Positions 9,059 to 18,988 of a stretch of DNA of 61,560 nucleotides are shown here, piece after piece. The first letter of the stretch is position 1; every line of letters starts with the position of its first letter. This stretch comes from a virus. Taxonomy: Duplodnaviria > Caudoviricetes. The notes under the pieces were generated by a model. It was not told the DNA's origin and searched no databases. It worked only from the letters and a program-made list of their open reading frames with translations. The stretch spans positions 1-61,560 of IMG/VR virus record IMGVR_UViG_3300009183_000101. The stretch is one strand, 5' to 3'. A program made the position numbers and the translations under genes.

Positions 9059-9882
9059 TAACGACAACAATTATAGACAAATTAGAAGCAGATGCCAAAA
9101 TAACCACTAAGGTTAGTCAATCTTTAATGAAGTCTCTTCAAAAGTATTTTTTGAAGCAAGAATGTGGTCTAATTTTAAAGGCTATGTATGTAGAAAATAA
9201 AGACTTATATAAAAGCGAAGCGATGTTATTAGGTCAATACTTTGAATATGTAGCCACAGGTCAACTACCTAAATTTGGGAACGTACCTCAAGCAAAAAAA
9301 GTATATGAGGGGACTCCAAAAGAAAAATTATCAGAATCTTACCAACGTGCGTATCAAAGTGCTCAATATTGCAAAGTTTTAATTGATAAAATGGGAATTG
9401 AAATTTTAAGCACAGGCGAAACAATTGAACACAATGATGCTAAAGGAACTTTAGATATAAAAGCAAGATGGGATGGGAGATTAAGCATTATAGATTTAAA
9501 ATATTCGGGGTTATTAGATAATAAATGGGATGAAAGAGGTTGGGAATTTAACACCCTAAATGAGAAAGACCAACTAATGATTCAATCCGTTCACTACAAA
9601 TATATTGCTGAAGCATTATATGAAGAACCTGTAGATTTTTACTTTTTCCTATTTTCAAGCACCAATCCTTCTGATGTCAGAGTAGCGAAAATTGAAGTAG
9701 ACCCAATGAAAACCTTAAAGCACATTGAGGATATTAAATTAGCCAAACAGATGTGGCAAAAAATGGTGGAAACAAATAACTTTAAACCAAGACCAAGTTT
9801 ACTTAAATGTTCTACTTGCCCTCTTAATGAAAATTGCGAATCAAGAGCACTATTACCAACAATAACAACAATTTACTATTAA
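9055..9882 (+). CDS. PD-(D/E)XK exonuclease (RecE/Cas4-like recombination nuclease)
   Basis: KGTLDI..IIDLK, Q..HY, C-terminal CxxCP..C; close to recT. Confidence 0.8.
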   Translation: MITTTIIDKLEADAKITTKVSQSLMKSLQKYFLKQECGLILKAMYVENKDLYKSEAMLLGQYFEYVATGQLPKFGNVPQAKKVYEGTPKEKLSESYQRAYQSAQYCKVLIDKMGIEILSTGETIEHNDAKGTLDIKARWDGRLSIIDLKYSGLLDNKWDERGWEFNTLNEKDQLMIQSVHYKYIAEALYEEPVDFYFFLFSSTNPSDVRVAKIEVDPMKTLKHIEDIKLAKQMWQKMVETNNFKPRPSLLKCSTCPLNENCESRALLPTITTIYY

Positions 9883-10067
9883 TGGAAGCACAAGAATTAG
9901 TTGACGAACTTTTAAAAACAAAACTTGAATCAGAAGCCACAGAGCAATTAAAAAAAGAAATTGATTCATTAAATAATCAATTAAATATTTTCGGATATAC
10001 CTCTGAAGATTTAAGAAAAATAAAAATAAAAAAACAAGCCCTTAAAATATTGACAGATGGACAATGA
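9882..10067 (+). CDS. small coiled-coil protein
   Basis: TAATG coupling. Confidence 0.6.
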   Translation: MEAQELVDELLKTKLESEATEQLKKEIDSLNNQLNIFGYTSEDLRKIKIKKQALKILTDGQ

Positions 10068-10854
10068 ATTAATATTAGACCTAACTAATCAGTTAGATGT
10101 TTATGAAAAAAAGGTATTTAACGACCTACTGAAAAATCACAATATTTCGGGAGCGACATTTAAGCAGATAATACTTTCTGAAATAAAAAAATCCTACAAT
10201 ATGCAAATAGCATTTCAGACGAATCCAACTTCTTTGTTTGCTTCTATTGTTTTATGTGCTCAGTTAGGATTAATGCCGAGTAGTCAACTTGGGCAGTTTT
10301 ATTTTAGTGTAGAAAAATCAGATGCAAAAGGTTATTATGTAAATCCTATCATTGGATACCAAGGTTTAATAAGTATTTTATTAAGAAGTGGTGAAATAAT
10401 ATCGATAAGTGGTGAAAGTGTTCATGAAGGTGATATTTTTGAATATGAATTAGGATTGAATCCAATTTTAAAACATATTCCCGAAGACCCTATAAGGAAT
10501 GCATTTACTCTAACTCATGTATATTGTGTCGCAACCTTTAAAAATGGCACAAAATCGTTTAAAGTGATGACACGAAGAGAATTATTGGCAACCATCAATA
10601 TGCAAAAATCAAAAAGTGATTTTTACTTTAATGATGTTAAAGATTCAAATCATTGGATGCTGAAAAAAATTGTTTTGAAGCAACTTTCTAAATTTTTACC
10701 TAAAGACTATTCGGGAACTTTAGCAGTCAATACTGATAATGCTTTAGAAGGTGGTAATTTATTAGATTTAGATGAAGAGAATAATGTGATTGTAACTAAA
10801 TTAACAACGGATAAAAAAGAAAAATCAATGTTTGGTGATGTGGATTTAGATTAA
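10057..10854 (+). CDS. recT: RecT-family single-strand annealing protein
   Basis: AQLGL.P..LGQFY..IGYQGL..RSG..V.EGD.FEYELG..W..K.VLK. Confidence 0.9.
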   Translation: MDNELILDLTNQLDVYEKKVFNDLLKNHNISGATFKQIILSEIKKSYNMQIAFQTNPTSLFASIVLCAQLGLMPSSQLGQFYFSVEKSDAKGYYVNPIIGYQGLISILLRSGEIISISGESVHEGDIFEYELGLNPILKHIPEDPIRNAFTLTHVYCVATFKNGTKSFKVMTRRELLATINMQKSKSDFYFNDVKDSNHWMLKKIVLKQLSKFLPKDYSGTLAVNTDNALEGGNLLDLDEENNVIVTKLTTDKKEKSMFGDVDLD

Positions 10855-10939
10855 AGTACTATTTTTGCATTATACGATATTTATATTTAAATAAAGTTAT
10901 TTGATTTTTTCCAAATTTAACGACTGTTCGTTTCAAAAT

Positions 10940-10967
10940 TAAGAGGGGTAAATCCCTCTTTTTTTTT
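10940..10967. terminator. bidirectional intrinsic terminator between convergent operons
   Basis: AAGAGGG-GTAAAT-CCCTCTT followed by a T tract. Confidence 0.75.
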
Positions 10968-11340
10968 ACCAACTAATATTACCGAATTCAAATTTATCAT
11001 TTGAAGTATAAACTTGATACCCAATAGTTGTTATAAAATTCGGAAAAGCATTCCAAAAAATACCAAAATTCAAATTATTTAAACCAATCCAAATACCTTG
11101 ATATGTAAGGTTAGTATAAAAGGGCATGACATCAAAAGTTGAAGCACCTACGTTTCTGTATTGTATGTTCATAATTGGAGTATTTGCTACGTTTAAAAAC
11201 GGATATGCTATATCCCAATGATATTGAGTAAAAGCACCAACAGAAGATGCTAATGGGTCTGAGGTTGAACCAAACAAAGAAACTTGAGCATCAAACGCAA
11301 AGTTATTTGTGACATTTACTACTATTTTTCCATTAATCAT
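10966..11340 (-). CDS. virion protein; N-terminus resembles the first strands of the capsid candidate
   Basis: VVNVTN-x9-LFGS versus IVTVTN-x9-VLGS in 21064-21762. Confidence 0.6.
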   Translation of the reverse strand: MINGKIVVNVTNNFAFDAQVSLFGSTSDPLASSVGAFTQYHWDIAYPFLNVANTPIMNIQYRNVGASTFDVMPFYTNLTYQGIWIGLNNLNFGIFWNAFPNFITTIGYQVYTSNDKFEFGNISW

Positions 11341-11783
11341 TAAAAGTCGTTTAAATAGTCTGTTAAAAATTCAATCTCATCGAAATTACTTCTGCCATTT
11401 AGTAAATCATCACCACTTAATTGCGTTGTATCAATCTGATAAGTTGCAGTTGTGTTTGCTGATATAGTTGGATAAAATCCATTATTGGAATCGAAAGCAT
11501 AGTCTAATCCTATTGTTGTTTGGTTTATTGCACTTAAATTTTGATATGGGTCAATCATTGGTTGTAAAACCCTAATATGCTTATCACCAAATTTATTATA
11601 TTTTTTTAACCCTATCGGTTGTAACAATTGATTGATGTTACTCGAATAAATGTAAATATTTTTTACCAAATAATTAAATGCACCAATACTTTGATTGATT
11701 TGATTGTAACTAACTCCACTTATACTATCTACTGCAATGAATGGAGTGCTACCAACTGAAATATTTGGTGGTACACTTGGCAT
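11340..11783 (-). CDS. minor capsid protein, paralog of the capsid candidate's C-terminal part
   Basis: 19 of 61 identities, ungapped (V.Y.Q..YI.S..NQLL..G..L.P..DPYQ..S). Confidence 0.7.
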   Translation of the reverse strand: MPSVPPNISVGSTPFIAVDSISGVSYNQINQSIGAFNYLVKNIYIYSSNINQLLQPIGLKKYNKFGDKHIRVLQPMIDPYQNLSAINQTTIGLDYAFDSNNGFYPTISANTTATYQIDTTQLSGDDLLNGRSNFDEIEFLTDYLNDF

Positions 11784-12094
11784 TATTTAACCATTAAAAC
11801 ATCTTTACCATCTAAGGTACGAGCGACAAATTTGCCATCTTTACGCTTGTGAACTTTTAATCCATATTCTTTAATAAACATTCCGTTCAATTTGTTTAAT
11901 TCAGAAGCAGGTTCTTTGGCTTCATAAGCATTTAAGAAAGCATCTAATACAGTTCTTGCATTTTGAACTTGACTTACGTCACCTATAGTTGCAACTTGTG
12001 GTTTTTTAATTCCTTTGCTTCTTGGAACAAGAATTAAATAGCCAACAACGACTATACCACCAATAATTAAATAATCTCTTATTCTTGAATCCAT
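11783..12094 (-). CDS. membrane protein (N-terminal TM)
   Basis: hydrophobic N-terminus followed by basic residues. Confidence 0.7.
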   Translation of the reverse strand: MDSRIRDYLIIGGIVVVGYLILVPRSKGIKKPQVATIGDVSQVQNARTVLDAFLNAYEAKEPASELNKLNGMFIKEYGLKVHKRKDGKFVARTLDGKDVLMVK

Positions 12095-12095
12095 T

Positions 12096-12386
12096 TTAAA
12101 CTTGTTTTTTACTAAAAACTACAAATAAAGTAATTCCTATCGTTAACAACAATACACCACCTGCAACGTAGTAAGGAATGTATTTTGATTTTTTAGCCTT
12201 ATCTAATAAACTTTGAGCATACGCTTGTTTTTGCGTATTATTTTGAAAAGCCAACATTTGTTGTTGTATTTCTTTTTGGTCAGCAAGTGTTTTACCTGCT
12301 ATGTATGATTGAAGGGCTTGATTTTCTTCATTATTAAAAGCATTTATGCCTAAATTACCTACTGCCGATATTATTTCTCCTACCAT
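12096..12386 (-). CDS. membrane protein (C-terminal TM)
   Basis: Gln-rich coil plus C-terminal hydrophobic helix. Confidence 0.7.
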   Translation of the reverse strand: MVGEIISAVGNLGINAFNNEENQALQSYIAGKTLADQKEIQQQMLAFQNNTQKQAYAQSLLDKAKKSKYIPYYVAGGVLLLTIGITLFVVFSKKQV

Positions 12387-12388
12387 AA

Positions 12389-12634
12389 TTATTTTTTTTG
12401 TTCTAAATACGTTAATCGCCCATTAGTTTCGGCTTTAAATGTTTTATGGTCTTCCTTCAAGTACTCAAAGTCTTTTTGACTTTGAGCAACCATTATCTTT
12501 ATCTCCCCTAAGTCTTGGCTCATTTTTTTTATATCATTATATGTTTCAATTAAAATAAACGAAACTACTCCCATAGTGATTCTTAAAAACCAAGTCCATA
12601 AGTCTTCAATATTGAATGCTTTTTTCTCTATCAT
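12389..12634 (-). CDS. TM plus coiled-coil protein (possible lysis accessory)
   Basis: single TM followed by heptad pattern. Confidence 0.6.
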   Translation of the reverse strand: MIEKKAFNIEDLWTWFLRITMGVVSFILIETYNDIKKMSQDLGEIKIMVAQSQKDFEYLKEDHKTFKAETNGRLTYLEQKK

Positions 12635-12740
12635 TTTTTACAATAAACATTAAAGCCTTTTTGGGCTTACGCAAATTTATACTTAAAAATCAATAAAAAC
12701 AACAAGTGTCATTTTAGGCAAAAATTACCTAAAAATATAA

Positions 12741-13127
12741 TTAGAACAATTGTTCAATAGGTAAAGTTTTTATGCAATTTATTCCTTTAAATAAAGCAAC
12801 CATAATTGTTCCTTTAAATTCTTGTAAATATGCAGAAAACTCACTTGGTTCGGCATCAATTTCTTGCATTTTAGTTGCCATCGATTGAATCAAATAAGGC
12901 GTAACAAGACCTTCTTCACCAATGAGGTCAAATTTTTTGTCCATAATAGCCTTGTAAGTACTTATTTCGTAAGGTTTCCAATCTTGACACAAAGTGTAAA
13001 CTATTGGATTTTCTTGGCTTTCACCAAACGTTAATTTTATCTGAATTTGTTCAATGTTGCATTGCTTTTTTAATGCGATTTTTTCGACTCCATTGAGAAA
13101 GTCTTTTTTAATTTTGCCAACTAACAT
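12741..13127 (-). CDS. hypothetical protein
   Basis: ORF with TATTTTTG promoter 4 nt upstream. Confidence 0.7.
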   Translation of the reverse strand: MLVGKIKKDFLNGVEKIALKKQCNIEQIQIKLTFGESQENPIVYTLCQDWKPYEISTYKAIMDKKFDLIGEEGLVTPYLIQSMATKMQEIDAEPSEFSAYLQEFKGTIMVALFKGINCIKTLPIEQLF

Positions 13128-13141
13128 ATTACAAAAATATG

Positions 13142-13708
13142 TTATTTATTCAATTTTGACAACTTATAAACACTATAAACCAATCCTGCAAATAGCAAAA
13201 TTACAAACAATGCTTTTTGAGGTGAATTTTTTAAGTATTCATTAATTTTATTTTTGATAAAATCGTAGTTATATTTAATAGTTTTTATTATAATATCTGC
13301 ATAAACTGAGGTTGTAGAATATCCACTACTTTGTAATCTTCTAACTTGTTCTTCGGGTGTAGTTGCACTAAAAACTCCACCTTTTGTGTATCTTGGGTTT
13401 TCCTTTAAAAATTTAACGTAATCTTTTACAGAATCTTGGAATGAATCATAAACCCTAAATGTACCATTTACAAGACTTAAAACACCATCGTATTCTTCTT
13501 GAGTTTTTAAAGTTATGTTTTTGCCTTTCCAATCACGAGTAGATTTTATTCCAAAATAGTTGTTGTATTTTTTAGCCAATAAAGATTTTCCCCACCCACT
13601 TTCAATAGCACTTTGAATTATAGCAACTTCGGGGAATATTTTACTCCCTTCAACTGCTATCATAACATCATTGATATGCTTATTTATATAGTCTTGAGTT
13701 GCTGACAT
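13142..13708 (-). CDS. GH73 glucosaminidase/muramidase with C-terminal TM anchor
   Basis: QSAIESGWG, NNYFGIK, FRVYDS, GYSTTSVY. Confidence 0.9.
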   Translation of the reverse strand: MSATQDYINKHINDVMIAVEGSKIFPEVAIIQSAIESGWGKSLLAKKYNNYFGIKSTRDWKGKNITLKTQEEYDGVLSLVNGTFRVYDSFQDSVKDYVKFLKENPRYTKGGVFSATTPEEQVRRLQSSGYSTTSVYADIIIKTIKYNYDFIKNKINEYLKNSPQKALFVILLFAGLVYSVYKLSKLNK

Positions 13709-13710
13709 TT

Positions 13711-14214
13711 TTAATAATATGTATCGTAAAGTGCTTTTAAATCTTTTCCTGTTGTAGAATATTTTAAAGGTATTTTAACCCATCCTAAAATTGATTTAAC
13801 ATCTGCAACTCCAATAATATCAATTGGTAAATCATTTGTAGATTTAATTATGTCTTTGATTTGACCAAATCCCTCAAAAACACTTTCATAATTTATGTTA
13901 ATATTTAAACGAAGTAATGATTTTCCATTAGGCAAAATATCTAATTCTTTTGATTGAACTAAACTACCTATTTCAGCAGTTCCTGCAAATAATTTAATAT
14001 CAATGTTTTTCAAAGTCAAAGTCAAATCAGATTTATTTACTATATTTAAAGAAACCACTCCCGATAATTGTGGGGTAATACTTTTAATAATAAAACCTTC
14101 ATATTTTAATTCCATTTTTTCTGCCAAAGAAATAGTTTTATAAACATAACGGAATATTGCAAACGCACCTAATCCACCTCCTGCAATCAATAAAAACTTA
14201 CTTGCCTTATCCAT
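13711..14214 (-). CDS. LEA_2/WHy-like membrane-anchored protein
   Basis: N-terminal TM followed by a L.I.N....L...I..G..I.P beta pattern. Confidence 0.6.
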   Translation of the reverse strand: MDKASKFLLIAGGGLGAFAIFRYVYKTISLAEKMELKYEGFIIKSITPQLSGVVSLNIVNKSDLTLTLKNIDIKLFAGTAEIGSLVQSKELDILPNGKSLLRLNININYESVFEGFGQIKDIIKSTNDLPIDIIGVADVKSILGWVKIPLKYSTTGKDLKALYDTYY

Positions 14215-14215
14215 T

Positions 14216-15070
14216 TTAGTTACTTGATTTATTTCTAAATATTAAATATAAAGCAGTTAATACTACTAAACCACCGACTCCAATGAAAATCCATTTTTTG
14301 TCTAAACTTGCACTTGCACCATTAACTAATTCATCAGCCGTTGCGTTTGTTTTTACTTTTGAGCCTGTTTGTGTGTTTAATTTAGGAGTCAATTCTTTAA
14401 TCTTATCACCAATGATTTTCTTTTGAGAATTAAGAACACCTTTATTATCTAATTTTTTCCATAATTCATAAGTATTTTTTTCAAATGCATATTCTATTTG
14501 TTCTTCAATTAATTTTGATTTATCATTTAAATAATCTAAATAATTTGTTATAGATAGAGTGGCAACCCAATCAATATGATGGTCAAGTATATTTTTTATT
14601 AAATTAGAATGTTTATGATTAATATTAGGGTATCCACCTTCACTATCTCTGATATTTCTTTCTGCTATATTTTGAGCATCTCTTCGAGATGTTAATAAAT
14701 CATCATATTTATCTATCAAAGAATTTGTAGCACTTCTTTCCAAATTTGAAGAATTCTGTCTATCTTTAGCGAATTGTTCTATTAATTTTTGAAGACCTGC
14801 AATATCTAATTTTTGAAAATTTGAATTTTTATTTGCAATTTCTTTCGATTTAGAAATAATAGAATTTTTTATAACATCATTTTGTCCAAAGTTTGTTGAA
14901 TATAAATCGGCATAAGATTTATAATAAGAATCTGATAAAGTTGGGCTACCATATTTTTTTTCTAAACTATCACCATCTGCGTTTAAAAACCCATTTTTAT
15001 TATTAAACATTCCTGTCTGACGTACATTTTTATGTATTGTCGCCCCTAATTCTTTATTTATATGTTTCAT
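14216..15070 (-). CDS. helical virion protein with C-terminal TM and FLNADG motif
   Basis: ORF track; terminal hydrophobic helix. Confidence 0.7.
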   Translation of the reverse strand: MKHINKELGATIHKNVRQTGMFNNKNGFLNADGDSLEKKYGSPTLSDSYYKSYADLYSTNFGQNDVIKNSIISKSKEIANKNSNFQKLDIAGLQKLIEQFAKDRQNSSNLERSATNSLIDKYDDLLTSRRDAQNIAERNIRDSEGGYPNINHKHSNLIKNILDHHIDWVATLSITNYLDYLNDKSKLIEEQIEYAFEKNTYELWKKLDNKGVLNSQKKIIGDKIKELTPKLNTQTGSKVKTNATADELVNGASASLDKKWIFIGVGGLVVLTALYLIFRNKSSN

Positions 15071-15615
15071 TTATTAAATCTCCTATATGCTAAAAATCCA
15101 ACTAAACCAACTAAGACAACTATTGAACTAACTAAAATTATAGTAGCAGTTTTAGAATTTCCTTTTGCAAGTAATAATTGATTTTGAAAACTTTGTTCTT
15201 CTTTTTTGTTTTTTTCAATAGAGCATTGTGCTTTTTCGTAATACTTTTCAAATTCGTCTAAAGCCAATTTTGAACCTTGAATATAATCATTTAATACTCT
15301 TTTTTTATCTGCGTCTCCTTTTAATTGCTCATCTTCGTCTTTTTTGATTTGGTTTTTACAAGCAACAATATATTTTTCAATGATTTCGCAATCATATTTA
15401 TATGAAGGCTTCCAACCTGCAAATCTACCCTTGTAAGCATCTTTTTGTCTGCTTCCCAAATTACCATCGGGCTTCCCATCAGCATAAGAATAATCTACAT
15501 CTTCAAATCCATATCGTTCTTTTTTTGCAAAAGCAAAAGCATCTTTATCTAATTTTGACATTCCGTCAAATCCAAAAGACATATCATCGTTTTGGTAAAA
15601 TACATCTATTTCCAT
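15067..15615 (-). CDS. virion protein with C-terminal TM and FGFDG/YSYADG motifs
   Basis: ORF track; terminal hydrophobic helix. Confidence 0.7.
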   Translation of the reverse strand: MEIDVFYQNDDMSFGFDGMSKLDKDAFAFAKKERYGFEDVDYSYADGKPDGNLGSRQKDAYKGRFAGWKPSYKYDCEIIEKYIVACKNQIKKDEDEQLKGDADKKRVLNDYIQGSKLALDEFEKYYEKAQCSIEKNKKEEQSFQNQLLLAKGNSKTATIILVSSIVVLVGLVGFLAYRRFNK

Positions 15616-15620
15616 TTTTT

Positions 15621-16016
15621 TTATATTAATTGATTACTTAAAAATTCAACTTGTTGTTTAGTTTTTATTGGTAGCATTCTATCACCAAAAACTCTTACTA
15701 TTGCTTTTATTGTATTATTACCTAACAATCCATCTGCTTTTATTAAAGATTCACTTGAATATTTTTCTACTAATACCTTATTTAGTTTATTTTGAAATAG
15801 CATAACTTTTGTTTTAAAAATTGCATCCTTTTTTGCTTCTGTAATAGGGTCAAATGTTGTAGAAGTATATTTTGAAAAATCTTCATTTGGGTCGTAAGGT
15901 GTTTTATCACCACCACCCGTAATTAAAACAATTGGACTTTCTCCCTTAAATATTTTGTAAAGCACATATATTCCAAGAACGATAATTGTTCCATATATTA
16001 TTTTTTTATTTGTCAT
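15621..16016 (-). CDS. membrane protein with peptidoglycan-binding-like motif
   Basis: N-terminal TM; FQ..LN...ADGLLGNNT..AI resembles PG_binding_1. Confidence 0.55.
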   Translation of the reverse strand: MTNKKIIYGTIIVLGIYVLYKIFKGESPIVLITGGGDKTPYDPNEDFSKYTSTTFDPITEAKKDAIFKTKVMLFQNKLNKVLVEKYSSESLIKADGLLGNNTIKAIVRVFGDRMLPIKTKQQVEFLSNQLI

Positions 16017-16537
16017 AATTTAATTACATCCTCTCTTACATATTTGTAAACATTTGGCATCCCAAATAAATCTTTGGTCAAAAAACTTTTTTGACTTTGA
16101 ACTTCTTTGTAAACTGCATCTGTTAATTTTATTTTAACCCATTTAAATTTAGTTTTAGTTTCGGGATTAATTGCTCCACCTATATCTAAATATCCTGCAA
16201 CAACTTCACCAATTAAAGTATTTGGTTTTGATACTACACCATAAATATTATTAATTAATCCATCGTTAACTTTTATACTATCTCTAAGTTTAATTTCAGC
16301 AATTTTAGAATAAACTTTTTTGCCAACAATATCTTTATTCCAAGTTTTAGACTTAAAAACGTTTGCTAAATTAGGGTCTAATTTAACTTGTTCTTTTGTT
16401 TTATCAGAACCTTGTTGAATATCAGAAGATTCAACTTCTACCGAATCATCTTGAATAGAATTATCTTTAGTAGCGTAATACAAAGCAATTAAAACCACTA
16501 CTCCAAGTCCACCATATATTAAATATTCTCTTTTCAT
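16013..16537 (-). CDS. membrane-anchored protein
   Basis: N-terminal TM; beta-rich C-terminus. Confidence 0.7.
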   Translation of the reverse strand: MKREYLIYGGLGVVVLIALYYATKDNSIQDDSVEVESSDIQQGSDKTKEQVKLDPNLANVFKSKTWNKDIVGKKVYSKIAEIKLRDSIKVNDGLINNIYGVVSKPNTLIGEVVAGYLDIGGAINPETKTKFKWVKIKLTDAVYKEVQSQKSFLTKDLFGMPNVYKYVREDVIKL

Positions 16538-16707
16538 TTTTTGGCTTTATCAATTGCTTCAACTAACTTTTTTATCTCTTCAGCGTCAAATTCTTCTTGA
16601 GTTTTGCCACCTAATTTAACATTTTCTTTATTTTTATTAATAATTACAATACCAATAATTACAACTACACTTACTATACCTATTTTTACCCAAGTTTCTT
16701 TTTTCAT
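16534..16707 (-). CDS. 57-aa membrane protein (not in ORF track)
   Basis: MKKETWVKIGIVSVVVIIGIVIINK...; ATGA overlaps on both sides. Confidence 0.75.
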   Translation of the reverse strand: MKKETWVKIGIVSVVVIIGIVIINKNKENVKLGGKTQEEFDAEEIKKLVEAIDKAKK

Positions 16708-17153
16708 GATTGTGTTGTTTTATAAAATTTGTATCCATAGTACCCAACAACTCCAACTACTCCAATAGTCAAAATTGTTTTAATCATGTTTCCACTAAAA
16801 AACCCACTAACTCCTTTTCCAAAATTTGTAATTAAATTAGAAGCAGAATCCACTAAATCTGTACCTGCACCAATAGGTTTTAGAATTAAAGCAAAAACTC
16901 CTGCACTTGCATAAGGGTCTAAAGATTCTTGAACCATATAACTTCTAAATGCCGAGTTAAATGTTCTACAATCAAATCCTCTTGCACCATCAGTTTGAAT
17001 AGAGAAAGAATAATTCCATAATGCATTGGCTTTTTCGCCACCAAAACGCTTTTTAAGTTGTTTATGCCATTGTATCCAATTATCACAAGTCCAAGAGGTA
17101 TCAGAACCCCAAGCGTCATAATCGGGAACTACATTCCAAGTTGTTACTACCAT
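16704..17153 (-). CDS. Trp-rich virion protein with C-terminal TM
   Basis: ORF track; hydrophobic C-terminus. Confidence 0.7.
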   Translation of the reverse strand: MVVTTWNVVPDYDAWGSDTSWTCDNWIQWHKQLKKRFGGEKANALWNYSFSIQTDGARGFDCRTFNSAFRSYMVQESLDPYASAGVFALILKPIGAGTDLVDSASNLITNFGKGVSGFFSGNMIKTILTIGVVGVVGYYGYKFYKTTQS

Positions 17154-17161
17154 CTTTTTTG

Positions 17162-17947
17162 TTATTTAATTACCATATTCATTTTATCGAAGTCATTGAT
17201 AAATTTATCAATCAAATCGGCTCTATCCTTATTTAATTTTGAAGGTCTTCCTTGGAAAGTTTCCAAAAATGCTTGATATGCTTCAATCCTTGGATAACCC
17301 AAAGATAAGTAAATCAATAAACCATTCAAATCTGCTTCCATTTCATCGTTTATTTGCTCGTTTAAATAATAGTGAGAAAATTCGTGAAATAAAATTGCTA
17401 ATCTCATCGGGATGGTCATTTTTTGAAATTCTTCTTTAGATACTTCTATGATTCCTGTTTTTCTACCTATTCTTGCAGGTGTATTTAACACTTTTCCATC
17501 TTCTCCTTTAATTTGTTGACTTAATCGTATAAAATAACGATTATCGTCACTTTTATATGTATTTGGAGTTAATTCCCCAAGATTAAATGAGAATTTTTGT
17601 GAAAAATCCACAAAACTCTTAATTAATGCATTACCCATATCGTTCTCATCCAACCTTCTTTCTAAAGGTGTTTTACGAACACTTACAATCTCAAATGATT
17701 TCTCTTGTTCTCTTGGAATATTTTTACCAAGAGAAGAATTATAAACTTCAACTATTGCAACTTCGGGAGATAATGGCATACGAACATACAAAGTTTCTTC
17801 ACCATCGATAGTTTTGTACCTATCGGTAAATGTTCTTGTTTTGTCCGTTGCATCATAAACGCACAACTGCAACTTTGTTGGTTTACTCGTTTTTAAAGTA
17901 ATTGCCAAAGTTAAAGGAGCGTAGTTTGTGGTTATTTTATACTTCAT
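17162..17947 (-). CDS. zincin metalloprotease, candidate virion maturation protease
   Basis: ILFHEFSHY (HExxH) with downstream EMEAD third-ligand motif. Confidence 0.7.
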   Translation of the reverse strand: MKYKITTNYAPLTLAITLKTSKPTKLQLCVYDATDKTRTFTDRYKTIDGEETLYVRMPLSPEVAIVEVYNSSLGKNIPREQEKSFEIVSVRKTPLERRLDENDMGNALIKSFVDFSQKFSFNLGELTPNTYKSDDNRYFIRLSQQIKGEDGKVLNTPARIGRKTGIIEVSKEEFQKMTIPMRLAILFHEFSHYYLNEQINDEMEADLNGLLIYLSLGYPRIEAYQAFLETFQGRPSKLNKDRADLIDKFINDFDKMNMVIK

Positions 17948-18158
17948 TCAATTGTTGCTTAACATTTTCGGGCATTTCATTTACTTTAATTTGCCCACTT
18001 TTTAATTTTGCAATCGCTTTATCAATTGCGTTAACACCTTCACCATCAGCATTTAATGACTCTTTTGGTAGTGGCAAATTACCTCTATTTGCATAAATAA
18101 TTATTACGCAAACAACTCCAATTCCAATCCATGCTAATTGTTGATTTGTTAATGTCAT
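17937..18158 (-). CDS. small membrane protein (LNADG motif)
   Basis: N-terminal TM. Confidence 0.7.
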   Translation of the reverse strand: MTLTNQQLAWIGIGVVCVIIIYANRGNLPLPKESLNADGEGVNAIDKAIAKLKSGQIKVNEMPENVKQQLNEV

Positions 18159-18412
18159 TTTTTTTGTGATTTATAAAATAAATATATTCCAATTCCTAAA
18201 CCTAAAATAAGCAAAGTATTTCTCATTGTACTGCCACCAATAACTTCATCCTTAATATTTGTTTCGGTTTTTTCTTCTCCGTCAAAATTTTGAAACTCTT
18301 TAAGTGCTTGAGCATTTGGAATAAATTTTCCTTTATTCTTTTCACGCTCTAACCAATCTTTAAAAGGCAAAGAAGAACCACTTTGTTTATATATTTTATT
18401 AGCACTAATCAT
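18155..18412 (-). CDS. small membrane protein (FQNFDG motif)
   Basis: C-terminal TM. Confidence 0.7.
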   Translation of the reverse strand: MISANKIYKQSGSSLPFKDWLEREKNKGKFIPNAQALKEFQNFDGEEKTETNIKDEVIGGSTMRNTLLILGLGIGIYLFYKSQKK

Positions 18413-18421
18413 TTTGTAAAT

Positions 18422-18988
18422 TTAATAAAAATAAGGGAAATTATGTCCTTTGTTTTTACCACCATCAAATTGAGGTGCTCCACCACTTCCACTTTCTGTA
18501 GTATTTACCTTTTGTTTAATTCTTGGAAAATAAACATCTACATCCCATTTTAATTTAAATGACTTATTACTTTCAAGATATGTCTCTGTTGAGTCTCCAA
18601 AAGTATTAGCGACACTTACAACATCCCCTTTTTTGAATAAAGGAACAATTTGACCTGTAATAATTTTCTTACTTATATCTTTCATTATTTTTGCATTTAC
18701 AAAAGGGGCTTTCTTTGGGTCATATCCAAATCCCTTCACAGGAGTGCTTTCACCTAATTTTGTATTTACAATTGTATCAGATTTAACATTTGCTATATCT
18801 TCAACTTTTTGGTTTTCATTGCCAAATTTTAAACCTTGTGCAGTAGTTTGTTCTGCCGTTTGATTAGTTGAAGTAACATTTGGCGTAGGCTCTTCTGAAG
18901 AAGTCCCTTTATTTTTAAAATACCTTAACGCTAAATAACCACCAATGGCTAATGCTCCTAATCCTATAAAAATTGTTTTGTTTTCCAT
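18422..18988 (-). CDS. membrane-anchored protein (C-terminal QFDG motif)
   Basis: N-terminal TM. Confidence 0.7.
   Translation of the reverse strand: MENKTIFIGLGALAIGGYLALRYFKNKGTSSEEPTPNVTSTNQTAEQTTAQGLKFGNENQKVEDIANVKSDTIVNTKLGESTPVKGFGYDPKKAPFVNAKIMKDISKKIITGQIVPLFKKGDVVSVANTFGDSTETYLESNKSFKLKWDVDVYFPRIKQKVNTTESGSGGAPQFDGGKNKGHNFPYFY

Noticed and set aside
9055-9882. Cas4/CRISPR adaptation function
   Set aside because: Proximity to recT favours a recombination exonuclease; no array seen
10860-10967. Third promoter-terminator sRNA candidate
   Set aside because: The hairpin is already explained as the terminator of two convergent operons
15621-16016. KADG as another copy of the NADG motif
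   Set aside because: Better explained as the DGxxGxxT peptidoglycan-binding signature
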